From assembly GCA_016928995.1 (NCBI GenBank), contig JAFGJS010000054.1:86536-150535 (forward strand): DNA of 64,000 nt. The letters run 5' to 3'. The stretch is from Candidatus Sumerlaeota bacterium (lineage in GTDB: Bacteria; Sumerlaeota; Sumerlaeia; JAFGJS01). The notes under the pieces are model-generated. The model saw only the letters and a program-made list of their open reading frames with translations, did no database searches and was not told where the DNA came from. Positions 40,829 to 52,460 of the stretch are shown here, in pieces (position 1 is the first letter of the stretch; each line of letters opens with the position of its first letter). The position numbers were made by a program, and so were the translations under genes.

Positions 40829-42268
<1,440 letters not shown>

Positions 42269-42275
42269 TTCGAAT

Positions 42276-42557
42276 ATGGCGAAGACGTTCAAACTGCAGA
42301 TCGTGACGCAGGAGAAGGTGGCCTTCGACGGCGACATCGAGTCGTTGGTGGTTCCGGCGGAAAACGGATATCTCGGCGTACTGGCGCATCACGCTCCGCT
42401 GTTGGCCGCGCTGACGCATGGCCGCGTCACGGTTGACACCGGTCTGCGTACGCTGGAGGGCGAAGTCAACGACGGCTTCATCGAGGTTCAGAACAACACC
42501 GCCACGATTCTCACCAGCGATATTTCCGGCGATTTCGCAAAGAATGCGGCAAACTGA
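42276..42557 (+). CDS. atpC: F0F1 ATP synthase subunit epsilon (short form lacking C-terminal helical hairpin)
   Basis: 93 aa, covering only the beta-sandwich domain. Directly follows atpD. Confidence 0.8.
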   Translation: MAKTFKLQIVTQEKVAFDGDIESLVVPAENGYLGVLAHHAPLLAALTHGRVTVDTGLRTLEGEVNDGFIEVQNNTATILTSDISGDFAKNAAN

Positions 42558-42625
42558 AACATTCCAATGAAAAGGCTCACAGCCCAAGGGCATGTGCGGC
42601 TTTTTGCCATAGAACACAAGGGTCT

Positions 42626-44950
42626 TCAGTCCGTGCGTGACGCAGTCGTCGATACCCGGTACGCTACCGCCGCCATCCGCCCATCGCCGCTCATGCAGGC
42701 CAGCCGATGATCGCCCGGCGTCAGCGCAATCAACGGTCCATTGCCGTCTTGCGATCGCGCTAAAAAACACCCATCCAAATACCAGAACAATTCAATCCCG
42801 TGATCATCCAACGATGTGCGCGGACGCAGTTCCCGCTCACGCGCCGCGCCAAGCAGGACATATTCCCCGCGATCCGCCGGAGCGTATATCCGTAAATCCG
42901 TCGCACCCCTTTCTCCTTCATTCGCCGTCGCAGTCAGGGCGTAAGCGCGAGAGCGCACATTCGCCAAATCCCAGCCGCGCGCTCCAGACGGCCATTGCTC
43001 CGTGACGTACGTTTCACCATTCGGGCGAGTCGCCCCTTTATGCACATCGCAAACCCGGTTGAGAAAAAGTTCACGGGGCAATTGGGCCTCGCGCGTATGG
43101 CGGCACCACGGCCCCGCAGGCAATCCGCTCTGCGCGCAAACTTGCGTCAGGCGCAGCCCCTCTTGAAATTCCGGCCATTCCGTTCCAGCGCCGGGAGGCA
43201 GGCGCCGGAAAATTTCCGCAGCTAACGGCAGCGCCGCGCCGGCCCCGTTCAATGCTTCCGACGGCCGCCCGTCATTGTTCCCCAGCCACACGCCGACGAC
43301 ATAACGCCGGTTGAACATCAAGCACCATGCGTCGCGATGATTGGCGGACGTTCCGGTTTTCCAGCAGATCCGCGGTTCGCGCGACAGCGTCCCGCTTGAG
43401 TCCGTGAATTCGCCCGGCAACGGCTGCTCCAGCATCTGGAATAGCGCCAGCGCCACGCCGCGATGCAGCACGCGCGCGCCAAGCGCCGCCGGTTCGTCCG
43501 CCCGCCAGCGCAAAGGGCGCCATGCTCCTTCGGCGGCGATCATCGCATAGCCGCCAGCCAGGTTCTCCAGCGTCGTCTCGCAGCCGCCCAGAACCAAGCC
43601 CAGACCGTAATGCTCCGCCGGTTGATCCAGCGCGCCGAAATGCATTTTGCGCAATGTCTCCAGCGCCGCGTCCGTCCCGATGCGCTCCAACACGATCACG
43701 GCCGGCACATTCAACGACTCCCGCAACGCCTCATCCGCCGCAACTCGGCCGTGATGTTCGCCATCATAATTCTCCGGCTCGTACAAACCAAAATCGAGCC
43801 GCGCGTCCATCAACATCTCAGTGGGATACAATCGCTGCCGATCTATCGCCGCGGCGTATACGAACGGCTTCAGCGTCGAGCCTGGCGAACGCGCCGCGCG
43901 GCAGGCGTCCACTTGACCGCCGCCGGGGGTGTTGAAAAAATCAACCGAACCGCACCAGGCCAGCGCCTTCGCGCTTTGCGCATCGAGCACGATGCACGCT
44001 CCGTTTCCGGCTTCGCCCTGCAAGCCGGCCACGCGCCGCTTCAGATAATCCTGCGTCATCCGTTGCACGTCCTCGCGCAATGTGACACGGACGGTTGCTC
44101 CGTCTTTCGCGCCGGTCAATGCGCGCTGAGCCAAATGCGGCGCATCGAAGGGAAACTCGCGCCACGCCGCGTCCACTGGACGCTCGAGCGCCCGGTCGCA
44201 TTCCGCGGCGCCGATCCGTCCGTCTTCAAGCATCCGCCGGAGCACGTAATCGCGCCGTTCCCGCGCCCGTTCCGGATGCTTGAGCGGCATCAGCGAGTTC
44301 GGCGAACACGGCAATCCCGCCAGCAACGCCGCCTCGTCCAGCGTGAGCTCCCGCGCGGGCTTGCCGAAATAGCGCCGCGCCGCCGCCTCGCACCCCACAA
44401 GATTCATCCCATACGGCGCGGAGTTCAGGTATGCTTGCAGCAACGCGTCCTTGTCCGCGCGCCGCTCCAGCCGCAACGCCTGCCACGCCTGTCGCGCCTT
44501 GCCCGCCAGAGTGCGCGGATTGCGCTCGCGCCATTTCACCAGTTGCATGGTCAGCGTCGACGCGCCGGATACGATCCGTCCTCCGCGCAGATTCTGCCAT
44601 GCCGCCCGCCCCGCCGCGATGAAATCCACCCCCCAATGCTCGCGGAAACGTTGGTCCTCCGCCGCCAGCGTCGCTTCAATCAGCCACGGGCTGACCGCGC
44701 CGAGTTTCACCGGCAGCTGCCATTGCTCCTCGCTGTTCGGCCGCGCGGCGAGCAAACGTCCCATCGCGTCCAGCATTTGCGGGGAGCCCTTCGACGCCAG
44801 GTACGGCGCCGGGTTCATCGGCCATAGCATCCCCAGCGCGGCCATCGCTCCGGCGGCCACCGTTGCCAGGGCGAAACGCCGCATCCAACGCTGGAACGGC
44901 GCCTTTGCGCAAACGGCTCGCCAGTTTATTGTGATCGTCGCAAGTTTCAT
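42626..44950 (-). CDS. pbpC: penicillin-binding protein 1C (bifunctional glycosyltransferase/transpeptidase)
   Basis: 774 aa. GT51 motif AAEDQRFREHWGVD and transpeptidase STLKP. The ATG overlaps the stop of the upstream alpha-2-macroglobulin gene (ATGA). Confidence 0.9.
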   Translation of the reverse strand: MKLATITINWRAVCAKAPFQRWMRRFALATVAAGAMAALGMLWPMNPAPYLASKGSPQMLDAMGRLLAARPNSEEQWQLPVKLGAVSPWLIEATLAAEDQRFREHWGVDFIAAGRAAWQNLRGGRIVSGASTLTMQLVKWRERNPRTLAGKARQAWQALRLERRADKDALLQAYLNSAPYGMNLVGCEAAARRYFGKPARELTLDEAALLAGLPCSPNSLMPLKHPERARERRDYVLRRMLEDGRIGAAECDRALERPVDAAWREFPFDAPHLAQRALTGAKDGATVRVTLREDVQRMTQDYLKRRVAGLQGEAGNGACIVLDAQSAKALAWCGSVDFFNTPGGGQVDACRAARSPGSTLKPFVYAAAIDRQRLYPTEMLMDARLDFGLYEPENYDGEHHGRVAADEALRESLNVPAVIVLERIGTDAALETLRKMHFGALDQPAEHYGLGLVLGGCETTLENLAGGYAMIAAEGAWRPLRWRADEPAALGARVLHRGVALALFQMLEQPLPGEFTDSSGTLSREPRICWKTGTSANHRDAWCLMFNRRYVVGVWLGNNDGRPSEALNGAGAALPLAAEIFRRLPPGAGTEWPEFQEGLRLTQVCAQSGLPAGPWCRHTREAQLPRELFLNRVCDVHKGATRPNGETYVTEQWPSGARGWDLANVRSRAYALTATANEGERGATDLRIYAPADRGEYVLLGAARERELRPRTSLDDHGIELFWYLDGCFLARSQDGNGPLIALTPGDHRLACMSGDGRMAAVAYRVSTTASRTD

Positions 44951-47900
44951 GGCTGAATCATAACCTTGCCCGCCGCGGAGCGTGCGCGCACCCGCGCATC
45001 ATACATGCATTCCGCTTCCAGCCCCGGATGAGCATATTCACCCGGCGCCATCGCCGTTACAGTATAATAAAAGCGGCTCGTTCCCTGCGGTAGTTCATTA
45101 TACGCCAGGATCAGCCGGTCGTCGCGTAAATCCTGGAACGATGGATGACGCAGCTCCGACATGAATCCCAACACGCCGCCGCCGCCCATTTCGAGCCGCG
45201 GATTTTCCACTTCCAAGCCGGCGGGCAGCAGCTCCGACACGATGATATTGTGGCGCGGCAATGTGGTTTTCAGCGTCAGTTCCATCACGTATGTCCGGCC
45301 TGTATGCAGCTGTTGTTGATCCGCCGCCGCGCCATCAGTGGTCAGCAATCGCCGCTCCACAGTCAATCCTTCGCTGATGGCTTCCAGGTTGGGCTTCAGC
45401 GGCACGCCGCGCGTCGTGCAATTCAAGATCAAGTTCGTTTTGCCTGCATTGCGCACAATGAATTGTTTGTTCGATCCGGCGCACTTGCCGTGATAAGTTT
45501 CCGTTCCGGACGCTGTATGCTCACCGTCCGGCGCCTCGATCATGGCGCGCGTCTCGCCGGACTCCGCCGCATGCATCCGTTTATAATACAACGCCCAGGC
45601 CGAAAGCGCCAGCGCCCGCTGATGCGTGTTCCAGCGCGCATCGTCCTGCGTCAGCGCATCGGCCAGCTCATACGCGAGTTTCTCGCACTCCGCTTCCGTA
45701 TCCTGCATTGCCGTGAGCGCCATCAACCGCACGGCCTTGTTGCGCAATTCCGAATTCAACGCGCCATAAGCATATGGTTCATTGTATGGATGCGACGGCG
45801 TTTCATTCAGGTATTGCCGTACGCGCGCCGGATCCTTCGTGCCTACGGCCAACGCCGCCGCCAGCAGATAGCGTCCGGCTTCGGGCAGGTCGATGTTGTC
45901 GAAGCGCTCGATTGTTCGCAGCGCCTCGCCGTCGCCATCCAATGCCAGCGTGTAGATCGCATAGCATCGCGTGTAGCGCTGGTCGTCACTGTCCGCCCCG
46001 TTGTAATCCAGCGCAATTTGCCGCACGTATTGCTGCAAATCGCGGAAGTTCGCCTCCGGCACATCGAAGCGGGCGTCGCCGCGAATCAGCGTCAGGCAGT
46101 TGAGCGCATAGATCGAACCGTAGGGATACGGATACGCATCACCCGCCCAAGATCCCAGTCCGCCAGTCGCGGTCTGCATGGAAAACAACCGGTCGATTCC
46201 GCCCTGAATCATCCGTTCAATATCTGTCGTTTCGTCCAGCAGCGCATCGAGCGCCTCCGGCTGGCCGCTCATCACATACAGCGGCATCAACCGCGACGTC
46301 GTTTGCTCCACGCAGCCATAAGGATAGCTCAGCAGATACTTCATCGAGCGGCGCAAGTACAGCAGCGGCGAAGATCCCAGGCTAAGTTCCAGTTCCAGGC
46401 GGTCATCCGGCAGGTAGCCTTCCGCTTTGAACGTGTAAGACTCGCCCGGTTTGAGGACTTGAACGTGGTGCTCCGCTTGATATGCCGCAGGCGTCAGGAT
46501 CGGCAGTTTCAACTCTTCGTTGTACTGCTCCAATTCCTCGCCGTCCGCGCCGGAGAAACTGACGTTCCATTTCATCATGCCGCTGCCTGGAGCATCGCCC
46601 GCCGCGATCTGTGCGGAGTTTGAGGATTCTGCATTTGCCGGAAGTTCCATATGCGACTTGCCGGCGTCACGTTTCAACCGGCCGTCCGCCTGCCAGCGCA
46701 ATTCCGCCGTGACGGGCTGCGTCGTCGTATTGAACAGCACGGCGCGGCACTCTGTCGCATCGCCGGGATATAGGAAGCGCGGCAGGCTCGTGCGCAGCAT
46801 ATACGGCCGCCGGATTAATACGCTGTCCGCCGCAGCGCCCAACGCATGCTCCGAACAGGCCACGGCCACGATGCGTAGCCGTCCATTGAACTCCGGCACA
46901 GTGAAATGCGCCTCGGCCTCTCCGTTATTGTCCGTCGTTAATTCGCCGGACCAGAGCGCTACGGTCTTGATCCAGTTCGACGCGTTTTCCGAGAGGCGCT
47001 TTTCCGAACTCAACTCCTCGCCGCCGTCGCCGCCGGTTTGGGGCTTGTCGAATTCATACGCCACCCGATCGTAGTAATAAGTGTAGTTCAGGTCCGGCTT
47101 GCGCACGCGACGCAGCCAGGCGTATGGATCAGGGTTCTGATAGCCGCTCAGCAGATGGATGCCGTCATCCACCGCCGCCAGCGTGACGTTGCCGTGCACG
47201 GGTTTGCCGCGATAGTCGGTCACACGGAGCTGAAAATTCACCGCCTGGAGCGGACGCAGTTCCTGCGGCGCGCCGGGCAATTCCACGTTGAGCCGCCGTT
47301 TCGGTTCGTTCACACGCAAATCCGCCGCGCCGAAGCTGGACAGCGGCATGACCTCCTTCGCGCCGTTGTCTGTCGAGTGCGCCACCGTGGCTTGCAGCCA
47401 GACGTTGGGAAAGAATCCAGGTTCGACTTTAAGGCGCGCCACGCCGCGATTGTCCTTCACGTCCACGGGGATCATCTTCTCGAAGCGCTCTCCCTGCACG
47501 ACGATCACGCCGTGCCCGTCGAACGGCGCTTCGAGTTGAATCTCGGCCACATCGCCCGGTTCGTACTCATCGCGATCCAGCGTCACCTTCAACAGATTGG
47601 GCTTGGTTTTCGTGTCCGCGCCGTAAGTGTAGAGGTAATTCCAGCCGGAATAAAAGTCGCGCTCGCAGGCCAGCGCGCCGTCGCCTGCCGAGGCGTTCAG
47701 CCGGAAATCGCCATAGGAACTGGGCAGACTTAAAGTGACGGCGCCGTGTCCGTCTTTCAAGTCCACGTCCACCTGCTGCGCGGTTTCATAGCGCGTTTCC
47801 CATTCCCAGCCGTAATGCGAGTAATAGCGGCGGAAGTAACCGTTGCCATAGACCTTCCGCTGCAACATGAGCGTCGCCTGGGCGAGGTCCGCTGGAGCGC

Positions 47901-50664
47901 CGTCCGGCTGCACCGCGGCCACTTGCACGTCAACGGCCCGTGGATCTGTTTCCGAGCGAGTGATTTGCAGGCCGAGCATGATGCCGGCCGGAAAGTACAC
48001 CGCCGATGCGCGGGCCGATGCCGCGCGGCCGCCGATTTCATGCACCGCGCCGATGATTGTGATCCGCAGAGGGCTGGGGACATTGCCGCCGGGTCGCGGA
48101 GCATATTCAAACACCGTCCGGCCTTCCGCGTCCGTGATCTGCTCGCCGAGTGAAACCAGATTCGGCTTGTATCCATCGCGCAGGCCGAAGCCAAAGCCCT
48201 CCCAGCCATCCGGCTTCCAGTCCAGCGGCTCGAAGCGCACTTGCGCGCTGGCCTGCCGATCCGCCGCCGGCGCGCCGAACAAATGGCGTCCGGTCACTTC
48301 GATCTTGACCGTATCGGCCGCCCGCCAGAGCGATGAATCCGCCGAGACTTTCGCCTCCATGCGCAACGGCACGAATTCTTCCAGTTGGAAGGCATAACTG
48401 CCGATGGGTTCGTCTTCGCCTGGAACTTTCAGCTGAATGGTGTAGCGCCCCGTGGGATGGCTGCGTTGCGTGGGCGCGTCGATGGTGAACGCGCCGAATT
48501 CGTCCGGCGTCACAGTCCGCGTGAAGAGCGGCTTGCCGTCCGGCTTGAGCGTCTCCAAGAGCAGCGGGACGGCGGCCACGGCGTCTCCGTGGCGCTCGCG
48601 TACGATGCCGCAAATCCGCGCTGTTTCTCCCGGACGGTATAGGTCGCGTTCGCCGTAAAAAAACGCTTCATACTTGTCGCCCGGATACGGCGCGCCAGCG
48701 ATCTTGGCCGCGGCGTAGTCTTCCGTGCGCGATTTCAGTTCGAGAAAGGTAAAGTCGTCTTTGCGCTCGATGGCCGCTACGACCGGTTGGCCTAACGATG
48801 TGTCGAAGCCGCGCAGCAAGATCAATCCTTGACGGTCGGCTTTTCCTTCTCCCAGCAGCTGATTTTTATCCGAGTACACCCGCACGTTCGCTCCGCCCAG
48901 CGGCTCCAGCGTGTAGAGATCGTGCGCAAACAGCGCCAGTTCGTCCGCCTGCCAGTGGGCCATCGCGCCAATGCGCGTGAGCAATGCGATCTTGCGGTCC
49001 ATATCGGAGGCTTGTCCGTCTGCGTCGTGCGCGACAAGCTGCAAGGCGAACACGCCGTTTATGTCTTCTCCGAGCAATGCGGCCAGATCGAACGAGCCGT
49101 TCGTGATCGCATCGGCCGGGCCGTTCAGCTCGATTTCTTGCTCCGCGGCCTGCAGGCACCATGAACTTTCAAATTGCCAGCCGCCCTTGCCGTCATTCAC
49201 TTCTTTGACGGCCAGCGCGATGTTATTCGGAAAAACTTTGTATGCGGTCAATTTTACTTTTGCGGCGTTGCGAGCGCGGAATCGGGCCTGCATCGAGGCC
49301 TGGCGCGGAAGATAGTATTGACCCGGAGCATCGAATTCGATTTTCACGGGAACGCGCGGCGCTTGAAAGGTGTGTGTGAACGGTTGCTTCAGCGTGCTGC
49401 CGTCGCCCAGCGGCATGCCCGCTTTGAGCCGCATCGTGTACAGTTGAGATGAGCGGAATTCGCCCGACAGGCGGTATGAGCGGTCCCATTGACGTTCGAA
49501 TCGCGCGTTTTCGATTGGCGGCTCGAATTCCGCGTATTGCTCCAGCTGCTTCGGCTCGAGCGCATGCGTAGTGTTGATTTGGTAAAACAATGGATCGTCC
49601 ATGGAGCCGCCCCAGGTCTGCCAGGAGGCGTAGGTGATCTGCAATGGCGCGGCGCGGTGAAGCAATGTGACGCTGTATGGCTGCGGCAACAGGCGGTCGC
49701 CTTGCGACACCAGGTCCGCCTTTACTTCCACGCGGATCTGCGCATTGGCCGCGTCCGGCAATGCATCCAATTCCAGTTCCAGGCGCGAGCGCGCCTCATC
49801 CGTCGTCACCTGATAATTCAATGGCTGGCCGCTGGGAACGTCCGTCAATGTCACGTTCGGCTTGATCTGCGAGGGATCGACGCCGTCATTGAATTGCAGG
49901 GCGATGCGTTGCGTTTCCGCCGTGTATTCCGACCAGAGGGCGCGGACGCTTAGCGTCTGATTCTGCGGATAGACCAGTTTCTTTGTCTCACGCTGCACGC
50001 GTTCATGTTTCGCATCCCAGAGTCCATAGGCGAAGCGCAAAGTGAGCGGCGCCGCCGCATCGGCCGGCACGGCGAGCGCGATCCGGTCGGCCTCGTCCGT
50101 GGGAACTCGTTCAAACTTCACTGGCCGGCGTTCCCGGTCGGAGATGGAGAGCATTGCGGCGGCTTCATCGGCTTTCACGGCGCCGGGATAGCGCACGCGC
50201 AAGATGAGCTGTCGGGCGTCCGCTTCATGCTTCCACACGGCCATTGGCGCGAATTCGTCGTAAAAGCTGAAACTGCGCGAATCCGCGGCCAGAGCGCGTC
50301 CATCCGCACTACGCAGGCTGGCGTCCAGCGTGGCGCGCACGGTCTGGCCTTTTTGCGATTTGTTTGCGATGAACTGGATGTAGCGCGGGCCGGTGAAAAA
50401 GCGGCCCTCCATCGCCGGTTCAAAATGTATCGGGCGTTCCAGCGCCGCGCTTTCACGCGACAAATCCGCGTTAAAGAAGAATGTGATCTCGCGGTCAAAG
50501 GCCTGGCCCAACACGGGCGCCACGCCGGCGACATGCAAGGTCGGAGAACTGGGCGCGTCTCCCTGCGCTCGCGCAATGGTTCCGATCGCCAAGAGCGCCA
50601 GCAGAATCAGCCAGCATTCGCATGCGGAACGGGAACGGTTTGCAACATCAACGGCATGCTTCAT
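44947..50664 (-). CDS. bacterial alpha-2-macroglobulin family protein (thioester-containing, YfhM-like)
   Basis: ~1900 aa. Thioester motif YPYGCVEQTTSRL. Signal peptide after Met15 (GGAGGT RBS upstream). Conserved pairing with pbpC downstream. Confidence 0.9.
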   Translation of the reverse strand: MKHAVDVANRSRSACECWLILLALLAIGTIARAQGDAPSSPTLHVAGVAPVLGQAFDREITFFFNADLSRESAALERPIHFEPAMEGRFFTGPRYIQFIANKSQKGQTVRATLDASLRSADGRALAADSRSFSFYDEFAPMAVWKHEADARQLILRVRYPGAVKADEAAAMLSISDRERRPVKFERVPTDEADRIALAVPADAAAPLTLRFAYGLWDAKHERVQRETKKLVYPQNQTLSVRALWSEYTAETQRIALQFNDGVDPSQIKPNVTLTDVPSGQPLNYQVTTDEARSRLELELDALPDAANAQIRVEVKADLVSQGDRLLPQPYSVTLLHRAAPLQITYASWQTWGGSMDDPLFYQINTTHALEPKQLEQYAEFEPPIENARFERQWDRSYRLSGEFRSSQLYTMRLKAGMPLGDGSTLKQPFTHTFQAPRVPVKIEFDAPGQYYLPRQASMQARFRARNAAKVKLTAYKVFPNNIALAVKEVNDGKGGWQFESSWCLQAAEQEIELNGPADAITNGSFDLAALLGEDINGVFALQLVAHDADGQASDMDRKIALLTRIGAMAHWQADELALFAHDLYTLEPLGGANVRVYSDKNQLLGEGKADRQGLILLRGFDTSLGQPVVAAIERKDDFTFLELKSRTEDYAAAKIAGAPYPGDKYEAFFYGERDLYRPGETARICGIVRERHGDAVAAVPLLLETLKPDGKPLFTRTVTPDEFGAFTIDAPTQRSHPTGRYTIQLKVPGEDEPIGSYAFQLEEFVPLRMEAKVSADSSLWRAADTVKIEVTGRHLFGAPAADRQASAQVRFEPLDWKPDGWEGFGFGLRDGYKPNLVSLGEQITDAEGRTVFEYAPRPGGNVPSPLRITIIGAVHEIGGRAASARASAVYFPAGIMLGLQITRSETDPRAVDVQVAAVQPDGAPADLAQATLMLQRKVYGNGYFRRYYSHYGWEWETRYETAQQVDVDLKDGHGAVTLSLPSSYGDFRLNASAGDGALACERDFYSGWNYLYTYGADTKTKPNLLKVTLDRDEYEPGDVAEIQLEAPFDGHGVIVVQGERFEKMIPVDVKDNRGVARLKVEPGFFPNVWLQATVAHSTDNGAKEVMPLSSFGAADLRVNEPKRRLNVELPGAPQELRPLQAVNFQLRVTDYRGKPVHGNVTLAAVDDGIHLLSGYQNPDPYAWLRRVRKPDLNYTYYYDRVAYEFDKPQTGGDGGEELSSEKRLSENASNWIKTVALWSGELTTDNNGEAEAHFTVPEFNGRLRIVAVACSEHALGAAADSVLIRRPYMLRTSLPRFLYPGDATECRAVLFNTTTQPVTAELRWQADGRLKRDAGKSHMELPANAESSNSAQIAAGDAPGSGMMKWNVSFSGADGEELEQYNEELKLPILTPAAYQAEHHVQVLKPGESYTFKAEGYLPDDRLELELSLGSSPLLYLRRSMKYLLSYPYGCVEQTTSRLMPLYVMSGQPEALDALLDETTDIERMIQGGIDRLFSMQTATGGLGSWAGDAYPYPYGSIYALNCLTLIRGDARFDVPEANFRDLQQYVRQIALDYNGADSDDQRYTRCYAIYTLALDGDGEALRTIERFDNIDLPEAGRYLLAAALAVGTKDPARVRQYLNETPSHPYNEPYAYGALNSELRNKAVRLMALTAMQDTEAECEKLAYELADALTQDDARWNTHQRALALSAWALYYKRMHAAESGETRAMIEAPDGEHTASGTETYHGKCAGSNKQFIVRNAGKTNLILNCTTRGVPLKPNLEAISEGLTVERRLLTTDGAAADQQQLHTGRTYVMELTLKTTLPRHNIIVSELLPAGLEVENPRLEMGGGGVLGFMSELRHPSFQDLRDDRLILAYNELPQGTSRFYYTVTAMAPGEYAHPGLEAECMYDARVRARSAAGKVMIQP

Positions 50665-51004
50665 CATCGCACCTCCAAAGCCGGAAATAATATCGTTGGC
50701 GCTCATTGAGCGCGTGGTTTGCAGTTAATCAATACGTGGAGAAACGGACCGCGGCATCAGCACTGCTGCCGTTGTAAATGCAAACGGCCTATCGCCGCTG
50801 CGGCCGGTGCGGCGATTCGTCATCCTGCTGTTGAGTTGTTCAATGCTGCGCTATAGGTTCGCGCCCAGGCAACGGGCAAAGAAGCCGGTTGAAACCTGCT
50901 TGTCCATCTTGACTCAACCAGCCCATGTAAGTTTGCCGCAGATCGAAAAAATTATCAACAGTTGTTTCATTCTATCGTTGAGGGGCAAACGCTGATCACG
51001 TCCG

Positions 51005-51955
51005 TCATGTTGAGGAAGTTTTTTGGCCTGGACTCTTTTTCGCTTTCGAAGCGGCCAAAGTTTCGCCAGCCGGGGAGGCTTCTGCTTCGCCGGTCTCCTC
51101 GAGGGTCCAGCGGAAGTCGGACACCCTGCCGACAATCAGCGGATCCGGCACGTGCGCAATCTCGGGGTTCTTGTTCGTGTAATCCAGCCGATGCAGCAGA
51201 TGCAGCATGCAATTGATCCGGGCGCGCTTTTTGTCGTTCGACTTAATCACGGTCCACGGCGCCTTGGCGGTGTCCGTGCGGGCGAACATGGCGTTTTTCG
51301 CCTCGGTGAATTCTTCCCATAACTCCTGCGCCTTCTTATCCACCGGACTCAGCTTCCATTGCTTCAGCGGATCGTGCTGGCGCGATTCGAACCGGCGCCG
51401 TTGCTCGGCTTGCGTGACGGAAAACCAGTATTTAAACAGGATGATCCCGCTATTCACCAGCATCGTTTCAAACTGCGGCACGGCGCGCATGAATTCCCGA
51501 TATTCCTGATTCGTGCAAAACCCCATCACGCGCTCCACGCCCGCCCGGTTGTACCATGAGCGGTCGAAGAAGACGATTTCGCCGTGCGTCGGCAGCTGCG
51601 CGACATAGCGCTGAAAATACCACTGGCCCTGCTCGTTCTCCGTGGGCTTTTCCAGAGCCACCACGCGCGCGCTACGCGGATTGAGATGCTCCATGAAGCG
51701 TTTGATCGTCCCGCCTTTGCCTGCGGCATCGCGGCCCTCGCAAACCACGACGATTTTCTGGCCCGTCTCGCGCACCCAGGATTGCATTTTGAGCAGCTCG
51801 ATCTGCAGCTCGGCTTTGAGTTGCTCGTACTCCTTCCGCCGCATCTTTTGAATGCCCGGATACGTCGAGTCGATGAAGTGTTTTTGCGTCAGCGGCAAGG
51901 ACTCCGCGTGCACGACGATCGAAGGCTCATGTTGTCCTTTTTTGCGGTCCATCAT
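51005..51955 (-). CDS. polyphosphate kinase 2 (PPK2)
   Basis: 316 aa. Walker A-like GRDAAGKGG and the PPK2 fold region (...FDRSWYNRAGVERVMGF...). Confidence 0.85.
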   Translation of the reverse strand: MMDRKKGQHEPSIVVHAESLPLTQKHFIDSTYPGIQKMRRKEYEQLKAELQIELLKMQSWVRETGQKIVVVCEGRDAAGKGGTIKRFMEHLNPRSARVVALEKPTENEQGQWYFQRYVAQLPTHGEIVFFDRSWYNRAGVERVMGFCTNQEYREFMRAVPQFETMLVNSGIILFKYWFSVTQAEQRRRFESRQHDPLKQWKLSPVDKKAQELWEEFTEAKNAMFARTDTAKAPWTVIKSNDKKRARINCMLHLLHRLDYTNKNPEIAHVPDPLIVGRVSDFRWTLEETGEAEASPAGETLAASKAKKSPGQKTSST

Positions 51956-51979
51956 TCACTCCTGATAACGATTTTATTT

Positions 51980-52449
51980 AACGCAGAGACGCGGAGGCGC
52001 GGAGTTTTTTTCAGGTATAACTTTGCGTCGAAATGCTTTCGTATAAAGTTATTTTGCTGTTTAGCGTTCATGCTGATGGCGCTCAACCGGCGTGTTGCTG
52101 ATCGTTCCAATTGATTTCTGATTTTTGAGTTGTAGAATGCAAAACACTCCCGTCGCTGCAAGAATCTGGATCAATGCGGCCAGTGCAGACGCCGAATGGA
52201 ATTCGCCAAGCCGGATATTACGGATCACGTCTGTAATTCCTCCGCCCTGGACCGCATATTGCAGACCGTATCGAATGCTAATACTTGGCGTATCCCCTTG
52301 TCCATGCATCAAGATCAGCCCTGAAATAATGGCGACAACCACGTATGCAAGGATTGCGAAGAAAATATTCCGAAGCATCTTCATATCATTTGCTCGTGGG
52401 CGACCTTTTGAAGTATGAATAAAACTCTGCGCCTTTGCGTCTCTGCGTT
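51980..52449. mobile_element. TIR-bounded ~470-bp element carrying a small AT-rich ORF
   Basis: AACGCAGAGACGCGGAGGCGCGGAG at the left, and the reverse complement of CTCTGCGCCTTTGCGTCTCTGCGTT at the right, matching at about 21 of 25 positions. They enclose ORF 52061-52384. The TIRs resemble the right arm of the 8905-8998 element. Confidence 0.35.
52061..52384 (-). CDS. small membrane protein (hypothetical), AT-rich, inside TIR-bounded element
   Basis: 107 aa with two hydrophobic segments. AT-richer than its surroundings. Flanked by inverted repeats at 51980-52004 and 52425-52449. Confidence 0.35.
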   Translation of the reverse strand: MKMLRNIFFAILAYVVVAIISGLILMHGQGDTPSISIRYGLQYAVQGGGITDVIRNIRLGEFHSASALAALIQILAATGVFCILQLKNQKSIGTISNTPVERHQHER

Positions 52450-52460
52450 TATTCGTTTAC

